Shown here piece by piece: positions 1-15,596 of a stretch of 64,000 nucleotides of DNA. Under the pieces are notes generated by a model, which saw only the letters and a program-made list of their open reading frames with translations, searched no databases and was not told where the DNA came from. How positions within the stretch are numbered: position 1 is the stretch's first letter; every line of letters begins with the position of its first letter. The DNA comes from Trichoplax adhaerens (taxonomy: Eukaryota; Animalia; Placozoa): contig NW_002060980.1 in assembly GCF_000150275.1 (NCBI RefSeq), positions 158,962 through 222,961 on the forward strand, in the 5' to 3' direction. A program made the position numbers and the translations under genes.

Positions 1-1901
1 ATGGCATACAACACAATTGGTAAAATAGTACAAGGGTCACTTCCAGTACCGAAACGATTGGTTAAGCTGAATTTTACTAAACTTTACAATGTCAGCAGTG
101 ACGAAATTTTATCTCCAAAATCGGGCTATATGAATATTTCAGATTGGTGTATAGGAAATATCATAGGCTCAAAAGCTCTCCATGTAGCACCGTGCACAAT
201 TAGTGGTAAGTTCTTGATTTTATTATAGATTCAATATTACAAATTCAATACTACTGTAGTTACGTTATATATACGTGACATATATAACGTATTTTTGCGG
301 TTTGTTGATTTTAATTCTTAATTTTATTGTAGATTCAATGTTATAAATTCAACACAGATATAGTTACATTATACATAGATAAAATATTTTGGCCGTTTGT
401 TGAATTTTATTTTTGATTTTACTACAGATTCAATATTATAAGTTCAATACAGATAGAGTTACATTATACATGCGTGACATATTTTTGCCATTTATTGATT
501 TTCGTTGATGTATGCCATTACTTGCAACCTGTATATATATACAATCCAAATTCAATTGGTTTTTTTCCATTGCTGAAAGATACTTGCTGGACAGGCATTA
601 CCAACTACCATGGAGGTTATTATGGAATCACACATCAATTGATAACTATTCTCAATGGCCAGCGATTGAATTGCACAGAGAAAATGAATAAATTAGCTAA
701 AAACTTAGGAGGAATTCAAAAAGTAAAAGAAGTACTATGTACTCAAATTTATTATCAAATGCAGAAAGAATTAAAGAAAGGATTGAAGAATATCCAGATG
801 CAGGATCTATTTCTAGAACAAATTTTTGTATGTGGAGGCTGGATTGGCTATCAACAATTTCTGAAAGCACAATATTTATCGATGATGTTAAAATGGCAAA
901 CTAAAGCAGGCTGCTTTATACCATATTATGGTCCATTTATTAGTTTGCACCCCAAATTCAATAAAAAGTATGTTGCTACTATATTAAAATAGCTAATACT
1001 ATCACACTAGCCATAAATTATATCGAATTAAAGTAGGGATGATTACTATAAATTTTCAATCATAAGAACTAACATATGTCAAGTATTAAAAACTTATAAC
1101 GAGTCCTTTATTATATAATGTTGCATAGTTATACTCGAGATAGCAGCCAATATTCTTCTGCAACTGATGAACTACGAACAAATCTGATTACACCAGGTAA
1201 AATTAGACTAGGAAAATTACAGCTTTTTCTCTTTAACTATTGATATGTAACGCGTTTAAATTAGTATTATCTATGAAAATTTCTGTAGAATTGAATTGCG
1301 AGTTTTGTAATTAAATTTTCATGATATTATAGCTTTTGTTTAGATTTACTATAGTTATTATTTGTGCTATTTAACTGATTTGCTTAGCATATCAGCACGC
1401 TGGCCATTTTAAATAATACTAGATCTTGTATAACATCCTTCAACCCCACTAAATAGAGTATATTATGAATTAGGCAGGCATATCGCTAGTAATTGCATAT
1501 GATCATTTAGTATTAATATTAGGAGCCATAAATTTTATATTGTTAGCACAATATGCTATAGAAAGATATCTTAAATTAGTATTGTAAATGATTATGTTTC
1601 TTCCTTTCAAAAATTCTAGATGGTTGTTATGAACATAGAACTTCAGTAGCTTTGATTGATGTATCGATATATTTATATTGGAATTCGCATAAAAAGCAAT
1701 CATTGCATTTATCAACTATGACTACATTGACATCGACAAGATACAAGTAGTAGGAGGCTATTTCTAGCATTTACTGTATTTGGAATCATTGCAATTGGAT
1801 TAGCGGTCATTATGGTCTTCGTTATTATTTTAACCATGTACTATATATGCCCCTTTCGTGGTAAAGCCTATCCTTATCATAAACTTAACTATGAAGAATA
1901 A
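1..1901 (+). CDS. UPF0764/C16orf89-like protein, copy 1 (5' end outside window; frameshift before the TM segment)
   Basis: Exons <1-205, 580-967, 1129-1196, 1620-. GT-AG introns. Family motifs SDxC..IIG..PC, YxITHQL, LCxQIY, QDLFLEQ..CGG, KWQ..GCF, DGC..H. In-frame TAG at 1748-1750; the TM plus YHKL tail lies in a shifted frame ending at 1901. Confidence 0.85.
226..520. repeat. ~100 bp x3 tandem repeat in intron of copy 1
   Basis: Units starting (t/c)agattcaat.ttat/c.aa.ttcaa...gttac.ttata at ~226, ~330, ~425. Confidence 0.8.
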
Positions 1902-3877
1902 AATTTACTAGTGGCAAGGGAAATTAAGGCTGTAATTAATAAGTATTAGCTTCTCATATATCGATCGTGGTTCACTGTAGTTAATGAAATTGAATATATA
2001 GAAAAGGATGCAATTTACCGGATTCAGTTATTATCATTTTCTATATCAAGACCTTTTACATGTATTATTGACAAGGATAATTAATTCTAAAACTAATTTT
2101 GTAATTGCTATACATAAATATGACTCTCTATTCAAGGTATATTTAAACCTGTTTAAATTGTTACGATACGGATTAATTTGTACCAAAACGAAATAAATTT
2201 AAATGTGAAGAATAGCTGGCACAATTAATTACTTTTAAAACTTTTGGATATGAATTAAGTTATAAGACTTTAATTTCTTACATATAATATGTTAAATATT
2301 ATCCTATTGGATTGATGTTACACTTTCAACCACTAATATGGAGATAGGAATAGCACTTATTCATTTGAAACAATTCTATTTCTCACTAAATAACAATATC
2401 GTCAGACCGTATTTAATTGACATTTTATTTATGTACTGTAGCGCAAGATATCTAATGTTTATATCGTTTCCATCGATTTACACTTACTTAAATGTTTACC
2501 TATAATCTAACTGTCAGTCAATATTATCTATTTAATTAAGCAGCATGCAATACTTTATCAAGGCAGTTGGAATAGCGATGTTTATTCATAGTAATCTAAG
2601 TAGTCTATTTATTAAAGCCTTCCCTTGACAATTTGTCCTTCTATGACATTGATATCATGTCCAATAAATTAATCCTTTTAAGCGAAGAGATTTTCTTTCG
2701 CAATCATGAGTGATTGCGAGGGTTTATTGATAGTTATGATACTGGATAACTCCGTAAATAGCAATTATTAATACGAGTAAAACTTTTTCTTCTTTAGCCA
2801 GTTTGGTAAGCCAATATGAAGTATGTACAATTGATTTATATATCAATTCTAAATGACAAATTAAATACTTATAGTAGGATAGAACCTGATGGCTCATGGT
2901 AAAAGGACGTGTGATTCATAAAATAGACTTTTCGAATTTGTAATTGAACCGTATCTTATGGTCGATATTTGATCGATTACCAAGTACAGCTGAAAGTTGC
3001 GCCAGCATTTTACACTAGAATGGAATAATTCAACTGGTGCCAATAAAATCATTCAAGGATTAGGCTTGATATCGATGATAATTAATCGACGTTAAAAAGT
3101 ACTTGAATTATTTATTAATATCACGTGAACATGCTATTAATATTAGCTAATGAATAGTTACAAATAAAATTGATATAAGAAGAATAAAAGCTGGAACAGA
3201 ATTGTTGGTTTAACAATTGAAGAATTACTTATAGGGAGAATAAAAGTTTTAGGGTATTATTCGTGATTGAATACGTTAATTAAAATAAGATGCCCTTCGG
3301 CTAATTCTTCATTAATAAAATCTTTATGAATAGTTTTCATTCAGTATAAAGTAGAAGACTAATTGTTATCCTATATACCGATTATAATACTGTCTTACTT
3401 TTGTATGTCTTCAATAATTAGATCAAAAGCTCGTTACAATTATCTGAATATCAATTTATCTAGCACGATAGTTATTCCATCTACGACCCATTTCGATTAA
3501 CTTTTGATCAACACCACCTGTCGATAGTTAGCTTTCCTGGTACATCATCTTCTGCTAAAATGTACCTATAGCAATAAAATACTTTAAATAGCTTGATGTG
3601 TCTATGGAGTACATAATACACTCATAGTTTTATGATCTTATAGTTTACAGTTCGATAGTGTAAGTTACAGCTACCAACGTTGTTGGATCGTTCTCACATT
3701 CCGTAAACTTCCAAAGATAGCCAACTCCTACGGAAGGTATGGTGTCGTATCTTGGTAGATTAGACTTTTACATGATTAATTAGATATGCATCTTAATATT
3801 ATCTAAAAACTTCAATTTCATTTATTAGTAATAATTCATACAAAGTAACTTGAAACTTGTATTCTCCCCAAAATTAG

Positions 3878-6800
3878 ATGAATATCAAGAAATCAACAAC
3901 GATAATTGGCATAAATTTACTTTTTTTGCTGTTTTTGGCTGTTCATATCGCTAACACAGACGCTGCAACTTTTGTAAAAAGTTATCATTATCCTATTCCA
4001 GCTAATGATCAAATAATTAAATCATTAGAAGGATTGATTTACTACTACGAGAAACATTATCAATCCATCATATTTGACGCGTATTATGGACTCATCAGAA
4101 GCGAAGGTATTATTTCAATCTTTAAATTGATAGTTATCTAGCTAGTAGCACGGATCTGGCAAACAAATGTATGAAAATTGAAGGTGTTTTAAATTATAAT
4201 GACGAAAAGTTTACTCTTTCTAACGATCCTACGTAATATTATATAGTTAATTACTGCTATATATTTATTAAGATTAACACAGGAATTGATATTTTGACCC
4301 TCAATTAAATAATTTTAATAACTTGTCGATATCAAATCAATTTAGTACTGGTATATGATTGTAGTAAATACGTTTAGTTATATTGTTAGTCGTAAACATC
4401 GTAAACACTTTGCAAGTAAACTATTATCAAGACGATTGTAATCGTAGTCTCCATGGAATTAGAGTACAGTTTCAAATCCATAGTGAGTGGTTTAGAAAAC
4501 TAACATCAAGCTAAAATGGTAGAAAATCGTAAATCCATAGGGATTATTTATGTAAATTTACCTTAGACTAAGTCATACCTCCTTTATTTAGGCTACTAAA
4601 AGTGGTAAAAGCATATAATGTAAGTTTTACAGTGTCAGTTTTCGTATGGTTTTAAGTTAGAATCATTAACGCATGTAAAATTAATCGTAACCAGCTTACC
4701 GTAATATAACTAAATCAGCAAAAAATTACTTACTGCGTGAAACGTTGTTCTAAATTTTCTCGCTTTTCTTAGTAGTTAACATGTAAAGGATTGCATTATC
4801 AGCTACCGAATACAGAGACACTAATGAATAATAATTAAAATGATTAGTAACTCAGTGAATTTTGCAAGAAAATTTCTATGATAGATGAAAGACAGCTGAC
4901 TTAACGCTGACTCCAATGGTATATAAACGATATTGAAGATAAATCGTTATCATCTAGCTTGTAATGAAATTAGTCACCGATATACTCTTATTCAAGACTA
5001 AGAGGGCCATAAAGTCCTGAAATATAACTGCATCAGTTTTAAAATACACTTTAGAGCAATATAATTGAATCACCTTCGCTCATTCATACTAACTAAAATG
5101 GATAAAAATCATTTCTGACTATTACTGTACAGTATCCTTGTTATACGTGTATTAAAATAATTCATTTGGATTTTGCACATAATGCGTATTCGCAAAAGTT
5201 AGATTTTTATTGATTAAGCGTTTATGAAAATACAGTATACAGTATCACTGGTTCGCCATAATCCTTCTTCAATAGTACTTTTATCGTGTATAGTCGAAAA
5301 TGTTATCTATCGCCAAATCTTTAACAAATAAACTAAAATATTTATTTAAATTTTGTGATAATACAGCATGAACTATACAGAAGATATACAGGCACTGATT
5401 ATATAATTGTAGTTACTCAATGATGAATGATGGCACAGGAAACTTCTGCATAAAGTATGGGTGTAATCCAGTAGTACTATTAAATTATTGTAAAAAATTG
5501 CCATAGACATCCCAAATTGTTCTACCGAACTCCGTACGATAATCATCTTTCATTAAATTATTACTCTACCTATTTTTGGTTCATTTATGATAGTTATTTA
5601 CTGTTAATACTCATTTCGATTGGACAGAATCATGGACTACTAGATTTATCCATGATGTGTCTAGTTAGGTAGTCCATGACAGAACCATCCAGAATTCCTA
5701 ATGCATCATTGGTAAAATTACAAATTTCAAATTTTTACTGGTACATATTTATAGTATTTCAGCAAAGCGATCAACGTATATGGGATCGATTGGCATCGTT
5801 CTTAGCATTCGTTAAGAATCATTTAGAAACAATCACCAAAGATGATAAAAATTTGTTACCAGTTTACGAAATTACCCCATGTTTCCGTATTTCGTTAACA
5901 TCTTTCATTTCACTTGATCCTCTTGTAAGAGATGTGTATTAACTAGTTATAATTTAGATATAGTATAACAGTTTCAAAAGCCTTCAGTAAAGGTCAATTT
6001 TCATCCTACTTTTTGTAATATAAGTATAAGCTCGTATATTGAAATTTAAAATCTTACTATGCTCGATTTAACCTTAAGAATTCTGTTTATTCTTCCTTAA
6101 AACATGGAACACCTTGAACAAAATTTTAAATCATCATAAAATATTTTATTTTTGAAGATTTTATACTAGCTACCATTAAGGATTATCGTAATGGAGTGTC
6201 AACGTTAAATCCTCAACAAATTAACCGTGTGGAGCGAATTTATAACAGGATCGTGGCTGTATCAAAACGAATTAAACCAATATTAGCAAATAATTCCACT
6301 CCGTATTCTAGTCTTCAAAAAATCGTACAGAAACCAGTTCCGGTAGCTAAACAACTGGTTAAGCTAGATTTTACTGAACTCTATAATGTCAGCAGCGATG
6401 AAACGTTATCCGAATTTTCGGGTTATATGAACATTTCAGATATATGTATAATGTCCATTATAGGCTCGAAAAAGGTCCATCTGCCCGTATGCACGATAAG
6501 TGGTAAATTTTTGATATCATTTGTAAATTAAACATAGCTGTAGACACCTACATAAAATAATCTTACATTTCTTCTACTTCTTGTCAGCTTTGAAATAAGC
6601 GTAAATAAAAACAGTTTAATTAAACTTTACGTAAATCTAAACTCAAATTGATTTTCATTGATGAAGATACTTGCTGGGCAGGGATTACCAACTATCACAG
6701 TGGCTATTATAGTATCACTCATCAATTGCTAACAATTTTCCATGGCCAACAATTGAACTGTACCGATAAATTGAACAAATTAGCTAAAAATTCAGGAGGA

Positions 6801-8345
6801 ATTCAAAGAGTGAAACAAATATTATGCACTCAGGTTTATCATCAAATGCAAAAGGAATTAAAGAAAGGCCTAAAAAATATCCAGATACAGGATCTGTTTT
6901 TAGAACAAATTTTCGTATGTGGAGGTTTGGGTGGTTACGAGCAATTTTTAAAACCACAATATTTATCGATGATTTTAAAATGGCAAACGAAAGACGGATG
7001 TTTTACTCCATATTATGGTCCATTCGTCAGTTTACATCCTAAATTTATCGTAAAGTATGCCATTATTAGGGTGATAGTATTTAAATTAATATTTAAATTA
7101 GCATAGATCATATCAGCTTTGATAAGTACTAAATCCGACTTTCTGCGTAAAGTGATGTAAATTTTCTTTCTTGTAAACTAATACATGTTGACTATTGCAA
7201 TATCGTGATAAAGAATCATCCATTATACTTCTTTTTCATAGTCGCACTAGAAATGCTGGCCATTATTTATCGTCATCCCATCAATTACGGACAAACCTGA
7301 TTACACCAGGTAGAAATTTGTTGCTATTAATCATTGAACTAGATCTCGATACGAAATATAGAAAGATGATGTGAACCTTTAGTCAATTTGTGTTATTTAG
7401 CTTACTGAATCAAAGATATACCTGCTAACTGTATTATTTAAGTCTCTTACTTAATCATATGCCGTCATGATAATAATTATTTAATAATATATTAGCAACT
7501 GTTATTTAATCCTCATTCTAATAGGTAAGCTACCTGTGAGCAATATCGAGTTAGTATAGTTTGTCACAAGTAATTAGGTCTCGATATAGTATGATGAGGT
7601 GAATCCTTTTGTCAGTTTGAGTTATTTAGGTTACTGAATCAAAGATATTGTAGCTCTTAACTACATTATTTAACTTTTTACTTAATCTATCGTCACAATA
7701 GTTATTTGACGTCATATTAGCAAATATTATTTAGTATTCAGTTCTAGCAGATAGGTTACGTATGATTAATATTGAGTTCGTGTAGTTTTGTCTCTAGTAA
7801 TTTTATATTACTCAATAGGAACTGAAGAGACAGATAACACATTATGCCGCATTAAAAAATACTATTCAATCTTAAATTCTAATGGCTATATTGAAATATA
7901 CTGAATTAGTAGAGTTTATTACAAGTAATTTTATATACTTATAGTGCATTAGAAGCAATAGCATACTTTATACTTTTAATTTAATGTGGTATGGTCTAAA
8001 ATGATATTCTAGATTACCATAGCAATTTCTCTGCTTATTTTTTTTACAAAAATCGTAGATGGTTGCTATCAGCATAGAACTTCAATAGCGTTTGGCTTAA
8101 TATCAGTATATTTATACTGGAATTCTCTTAGCAATCAATCGCCTCATTTATTAACAACGACAATGTTAACGAATGCAAGTCCGAAGTGGGTGTCTGTGTC
8201 TATTACTATACATATAATTGATAGCATTGCTATTGGATTTGGCCTTGTTGTAATAATGATCATAATTTCAACAGTAATAATGTATTTCCTTTTCTCTCGC
8301 CATCGACGAAGACATGTTTATCGAAAACTTAGTACTAACGAATAA
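3878..8345 (+). CDS. UPF0764/C16orf89-like type-I membrane protein, copy 2
   Basis: Exons 3878-4106, 6158-6502, 6667-7054, 7242-7309, 8059-8345, in frame (intron phases 1,1,2,1). Signal peptide, family motifs, C-terminal TM and YRKL tail. Closest paralog of copy 1. Confidence 0.9.
7341..7800. repeat. ~235 bp direct tandem duplication in intron 4 of copy 2
   Basis: ag.tctcgata...gtgaa.c.tt..gtca.tttg.gttatttag.ttactgaatcaaagatat occurs at ~7341 and ~7577, with similarity continuing through both units. Confidence 0.75.
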
Positions 8346-10175
8346 CTATTACAACTAAGGGGGGAAGTAAAGGAATCTTTGAATATTAGTTTGTCGCATC
8401 TTGATCATGATTCAATATCATTAACGATAATCTATATTCCATGTGTAAAATGACACAATTTATCGAATTATGCCTATGGTGACTATAATTGTGTATCTAT
8501 GTGCTAGTTACATGTAATGACAATGAGCAAAAAGGAAAAATTAATTTATATATATATATATGTATCGTTTTGGATAAATCTACGTCATATTTTTACATAA
8601 ATTACGATAAATTAAAGTCACATTTTGATTACATTTTCTAATGTAAACCGTATCCAAGTATAATTTTAGATGTTATGGTACAATTCAATCATTCCTTATT
8701 AAAATTAAAATATTAAGCGACATATCGTTAAATTAATATCACATTCCCATTTGTTTTTTCGATTTCCTTTTTCCCTTGTAATATATAAGCGCTGGTTAGT
8801 AAATGATAAATACAGCTATAAATTGCATTAAAATATCTTTTGTTATCTTGTGAATAAGATATATGTCAATACTTTCTTAATCGATTGATATTTACTAATA
8901 CATAATTATTTAACGCATATACCGGGTATAACTATATAAACAGAAGATAACGTCGATGCTGTTTGGGCTTTATTCTGATTAATTATAAGTTAATGGTATA
9001 AATCTTAATAATGAGGAAGCTAAAAATAAGACTAAACAGCTGAAATAACGTTATTTAAGATATAGTAATATATACTGTGATTCAATTATTTATCCTCTGA
9101 TTATGAAAACGTAATGTATTTTAGACACAATAATTAAGTATTTTCATTCACTGTCGTTTCAATTTGCTAAAGTCTTGTAGATGATAATGATATTTGTTAC
9201 TTTAATAAACTGATATCATTCTTAAAAATACCTCTCTTATTATACGGGTAGTATAAAATCAGCTTGTTACTTTATTATAACTGCAAAAGTAGACATAACT
9301 GAAGGAAAGTGCTTGTGCATCATATTCCTAATAGATTGTCTTTGAGTTATTTTAAACTCAGATTTATTTATTATAGTACACTAAATATAATTCATTAAAT
9401 ATGATTCAAATAATATTAGCTCTATACTATATCTTATATGTTCACTTTTACGTATACGTATCATGAAATTATTTTCTATTATAGCATATGCTATTAAACT
9501 TATATTTTATACAATTTAAAGCAGTTAAGATCAATAGTATTGAAGGTATGCTAGTTAAAATTATTATTACGAAAGTAATTTGTCCATAGAAGTCACACAA
9601 ACTCTACTTGATTCAATGATAATAGATTCGCTACAATCGACTTTCAGACAGCTAAAGTAAATGATGATGTTAGATATTCATTTGTTATTTGGGACTAATA
9701 GCATCCATAGATGAATCTTTTAATAAAAATTTAATATCGTCTGCCTAAATAGAATAATGCAAAAACTATTATGCTAAGTAAATTATATTTATTTACAAAA
9801 CAATTATACACGAATATAATTTATGAATATATTCTTGATATGAAAAGATATTGCCTTTATGAAAATTCATAGATGTTATTTTACAAATTCTACCACTTGA
9901 TTCACATTAATCAAGTTAGCAATTGTAATCTCATGCCTAAATGATTTAGAGTTTACTTACTAATACAATCAAATTGCGAAATAACGAGGAATTATAATAC
10001 ATTTTAAGTATAGCTAATACCTTAAATACCTGGCAGGCTTTCTAAATTCTATTACAATTAGATTCGCCAAGAATTTGAGTACTGATGAGAAAATGCATGC
10101 TAGAGATCCTAAGAAGAGCAAAAGATAGACTATCACATATTAATAAACTACACTAAGTCATTTAACTTCAAAAAT

Positions 10176-12725
10176 ATGGATATTAAGAAAAAAAGAACAT
10201 TTAAAATCTCACTGGTGTCTTTTACTCCTCTTCTCCTTGCCTTACCTATTTTTTCGGTTGCAGTAAGTAATACTATCACCAGCAGCTCTTACTCTCCTCC
10301 AACTTATAATCAAATGATGCATGCCTTAGAAAATTTACTTCAATACTATGAAAGGAATGCTGAACATATTATCGTAGATGCCTACTATGGATTAAAAGTT
10401 ACAACCGGTAAGTAGGATTTGTAACTACTGTACTGTACTTCAATCACTGTTTGTATCGTAATCAGCAAAGAGAAAATATGAAAAAGCTTCATATCGAAAA
10501 ATGCTTGATAATATCGATGGACGCCATGACCTTTAACTATACCCTAAGCTGTGACAAAGTGTTAACTCTAAGTATAATACTTTATATCCATGTGTTTAAC
10601 AATTTAACTATTACACATTATTGCATGTTTAGGATACTTACATGACCGTTATGTCGTTCATCTAGTTTTTGATATTCTGTAAAAGCTTGAGATAACTGTA
10701 ACTGATCATTGCATCTTAACACCTTGCTACGATGTTTGACGATAACATTGACGTCGTAATGGGGCTAGCTTAAAATTGTCATCTATAGTCATTATTTAGA
10801 CAACTTTACTGCATTTCTCGCACTTAAATTCTAAAAGGTATCATTACCTGCAAGCCGATTTAATATTATTGTACTTATATGAGAATTGCAAGCATTTTAA
10901 TATTTAACCAATAATCATTTAGAAGGGCTATAAGAATCTCTTAACGTATAAAATGTAATCTTGTAATAGCTAATGATACTTTTATTGTCTATTCATCAAT
11001 CCGACATGTAGCATTAATCCAACAGACTATTCACAGCTATGAGAATGGAAAATCGAAACTGGAAGAGAAACAAATTGATCGTCTTAAACAAATTTATCAA
11101 GATGCCCTCCGAATTTCAAAGCGAATCGAAGAAACATCAGGGCGTAATTCTTCAGCATATATGAAGCATAGTAAAATGCTACATACATCTTTCCCATTCC
11201 CTGAACGATTAGCCAAGTTAGAGTTGGTCAAAGATACTCCTAATAATAGTGGCAATAGTTCCATAGATTTTATTAAAATATCTGATCAGTGCTTGTGGGA
11301 TATGATGGGTGGAGGACTACGTCATCCACCAGTTTGTACAATTAACGGTAAGTCATTTATTGGGCGTAATAATATTTTACTATACCTATTGAGTCAATTT
11401 AGTTCGCAATTTCAAAATGCTCGTACGACTCTATAGTCTATCTATGCTATACTAATATATCTACGTATAAAAGATTAATTGAAACGAAGTAACCGAATTT
11501 ACTGCTCTGTTACACACTGTTAAAGATTCTTGCTGGCGTGGACTGACGGATTTTAGTACAGAGGGCTACATAATAACTCATCAATTTTTATTAATATTTG
11601 TTGGTGAGCAATTTAACTGTACTGAGAAAATGAATCAACTCAGCCAAAATTTAGGTGGAATTGAAAAAGTAAAACAGGCTCTGTGTACTCGTATTTACTA
11701 TCAAATGACGAAAGCTTTAGAAAAAGGTTTAGTTACTGGAAAGATGCAAGATTTATTCATAGAGCAGATCTATATCTGTGGAGGTACTGGTGGCTACCAG
11801 CAGTTCCTTCGTCCTGAATTTTTATCTATGATCCTAAAATGGCGAACCAAAGATGGATGTTTCTCGCCCTACCATGGACAATATATTAGTTTACACCCCA
11901 AATTGGCTAGGAAGTAGGTTATCTATTAGCCATAAATTATGAAACAATAGTATCTAAAAAATAGCATTGCTATTCTAGTATTGGTTTACGGAGAACTCTT
12001 TAATAAATTAAAATCCTATTAAAAATTGAAATGTAACATTTGCTAACGATGCATAACTTGCATTTCTTCTACCAAAAGTAGCGGTGGCATAAGTGACATC
12101 TATCATCTTAGGAAAACCCGAAAGCTACTAGCTAATCTAATTTCACCAGGTAATACAGATACAGCTTTATCATTTATTATCCGCCTATATGAAGTGGCGA
12201 TCTAAAAATGAATTTTTTACTATTAATTCGTTATTCTATTTACACCATATCGTTATTAGTCAGTCTTTTAATTATATAATTACATAAGTACTACATAGGT
12301 TACAATGTGACTGATTCGATAATTATCAATAACTAAGGGTAAAATGTATTTCTATTAAACAGCGAATACTAGTATTTATCTTTCATTTAGTAGTATCTAA
12401 CCTTTGAAACCTATGCTTCCATTTAATTATAGATGGATGCCATGAACATATGACGGCTTTAGCAATGATTGATATCGCTCTATATTTACGTTGGCTTTCG
12501 TTCCGGGAGCAATTACTAACAACCACTTTTACTTCAGTTACAGACGTGAGCAAATCTATTTCAGTAACAAGCATAAGCAAATCTGCTTCTTTATCACCAG
12601 GCATTGTAGCTGGTATCGTTATTACCATTGTAGTCATTGCTGTCATTATTTCACTACTATTCGTTTACTTTGCTAATCCTTTCCATCGCGAAAGACAAGG
12701 CTATCGAGTTATCAGTTCAAGATAG
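10176..12725 (+). CDS. UPF0764/C16orf89-like type-I membrane protein, copy 3
   Basis: Exons 10176-10407, 11012-11347, 11526-11913, 12079-12149, 12433-12725. Same intron phases as copy 2. S/T-rich stalk, TM, GYRVI tail. Confidence 0.9.
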
Positions 12726-15596
12726 CTTAAGTTCAGTTATTAATAATACTACTGAAGGTAAGACATTGTGTCTAGCTAGCTTCGTTATATGAACACCTTC
12801 ATTAAAATAGCAATTTCAATAAAATTGTATTTAAATGTGTGTATGAGCGAGTACCAATCGAAGGAATAGAGCAACATTTAGACTGTCGTATAGCCTAGAT
12901 TCGCAAAGACTATGTAGATCGTACAAATATTCGCTGTCACCATGGCGTAAGAGTTTATGAATAAAGTGATCAACGTAAGAAAATCTGAACAGAAAAAATT
13001 AATAGTCCTTGATTGTTAAATTGATGATAGTTAGGGTGGCAAATGCTTGAGTTTATATGCAATCCCTATAAATGCGGTCTTTAACATAAACTTTATTCTA
13101 CCCTATCACAATTCGTGTTCTATTTGCAGTTCAGTGCGGATACTTAACAAATTATTAACATGATAGCATAGCTGCATTAAAAAAGAGTTTCATTATTTGT
13201 CTTGAATTAGTTGCTACAAGTTTAAGGGTTATCGTACGAAAATTATAGATTCTGTCCTATTAAAAACTTAGCATTAGGAGTATATGGTAGCATAAGAGTA
13301 ACAAGTACGAAGCCCTATTATACCGTTCTTCTTATAACGATAGTAGATTGATTATACTAAACTTGCTATCGTATCTAAGAAAAAAATCGAGTTAGATTGA
13401 ATCCATCACCTGTCGATATCGATAATGGTATATAATCTGTAGTATAGTTGAGAATACTGTAGATGCATGGGTTAATGAGATTCTGTTAATAGACTGTTAC
13501 TTGTATCTAGATGAATTGTGTTAATAGTTCAGTTCAAAATTGGTCATTTCTAGCAAATATTAAAGACAGTAGAAAGAATAATATGAAGAATACAACGGTG
13601 TATATAGTAAAAGTTGATGATAATGGCAATGAAGTAAAATATAATCCTGCAATTTGAAGCTTTGAAGACAGTCATAATTACCTTTCTCTGATGTCATACA
13701 TGTTGAAATATGCAGCCATATCTAAGCCACATATTGCTACAATCTACCAATTGCAATATCTACTCATATAGTAGTAAGACCATGGTTAAGTCTTCAGATA
13801 GACTTAATGCAGCAATACGGAACTGAACTGCTACATGGTTTATAAATTTTATTGCAATTTATAAAGAGACGTATACTATAATACAGCAAAAAAATATGTT
13901 TAAAAGTAGTTCTGACATTATGAGCTTCAATCATTGGGTACAACAGTGGAGTATTGACAAATTATGGTAAAGTAAGTACCGACATTATCCTATTCTTGTA
14001 TTCTATGTAGTAAACTCTCATAAATATAGTCTAGTTGTTAAACTGATGACTTACTGTTGCTGATGAAAGCTAATATGGTTAATACTATGTAGATATAAAA
14101 GCATTATATATTACGCTTAGATAGTATACGATAAACCTTACGATAAGCTATACATTCTTACATAATAATCTATTCTTTAGCTATTTATATTAGTAAGTAG
14201 GACTAATGGTTCAGCATCCGTGCTTACAATTATACAAATGTAGTCAACTTGCATTAGTGTAAACCTGTGTCAATAAGTATGAGACTGGTCCTGAAAATTA
14301 GAATTATCGTTTTAGCTATAGCTAATTCGGTACGTTAAATAGCAACATAGAAACTACTGAAATCTTTAGCTGATTATTCATGAATCGAAAATTTTTGACC
14401 TTTCTTTATATTTTTAGTATTATAGAAAAGTAGAAATAATACATAGTAATTGATCCTCGACGAACATTACTGTATTTACTTGAATCAATTAACGGTATTA
14501 GGTAAATTGGATATACTACCTTAATGTATAATTAGTACATACAATTAAATTGATCACTTTATGAATAATTTACTTACATACTAGTTCCTTCAGCCGTGTA
14601 ATTAATATCCGGCAATTTCTTTATACCTATTCAATATAAAAAAATGAGTGATGATAGTATTGCATGGGCTATTTAAATGGTAGCCTTTATTGAGATCAAT
14701 GCTGTACTAAATGGTATTTAAAACACGGTACAGTATTACTCTAAGGGTTGATTATAAATTTCGAATATTAAATCTGGAAATAGATACACATCATGGATTA
14801 GATCGTGACAAAATTTGTAAAGGGAGTAGATTTTATGATATCCTTTATCTTCTCGTAAACTCATCAGAGGAATTTAGTAACGAAGAAGCTCTTTAGGTTG
14901 AAAGAAAGGAGTAGTCGGGATAGTATAGGGAAACATTTACTTTAGCGATCGGAAGATTAATAGTACACACAAATAATACTTTGCACTCTATCATTATACG
15001 TTAGAGTAAAAGTGGAAAACTATTGTCGTTAATTAAGTTTATCAAGTGGTCAAGATTCGTAGCAGCTGTATACATAGATTACAATGCATGAGATTGAGAG
15101 GATAATTTAACACCCTGAAGCATATAATTTTACTACAACAGTTTCAAGACAGATACAGTATAGCCGCAATGGTGTTCCACTCATCACAAATACTTCCAAT
15201 TAACGTTCGACAGCTTCCAATTTAATATAGCTCAATCTAATACACAGATGTAATTAAGAAGCATTCTATTTTTAAATGCTGTGCAACGGTTCCTATGCAT
15301 TTTTTTGTTTTGAAAGCCAAGGGCATAAATTATTAGATTTAGTCTATTTTTAGCAAAGAATATATTGTATTCAACTCTATAAAGAACAGAATTACTAATG
15401 CATTCATTCTTTATGTGCCAGGTTTAATAATTAATTTTCGTAGCAATATAGGTGGTATTGATATGGATGTTGCATAATTTCTGGACGGATTGGTTACGGT
15501 ACAATTTAATGTGTGTACATATATTAAGTTAAATCGTTATTCTTCAAAAGCTTTCTTAGCTATTTAACTACATTAGAAGCGATTTAATTAGCTAAA

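Noticed and set aside
5676-5942. 88 aa ORF inside intron 1 of copy 2
   Set aside because: No recognisable motif or splice support; likely chance.
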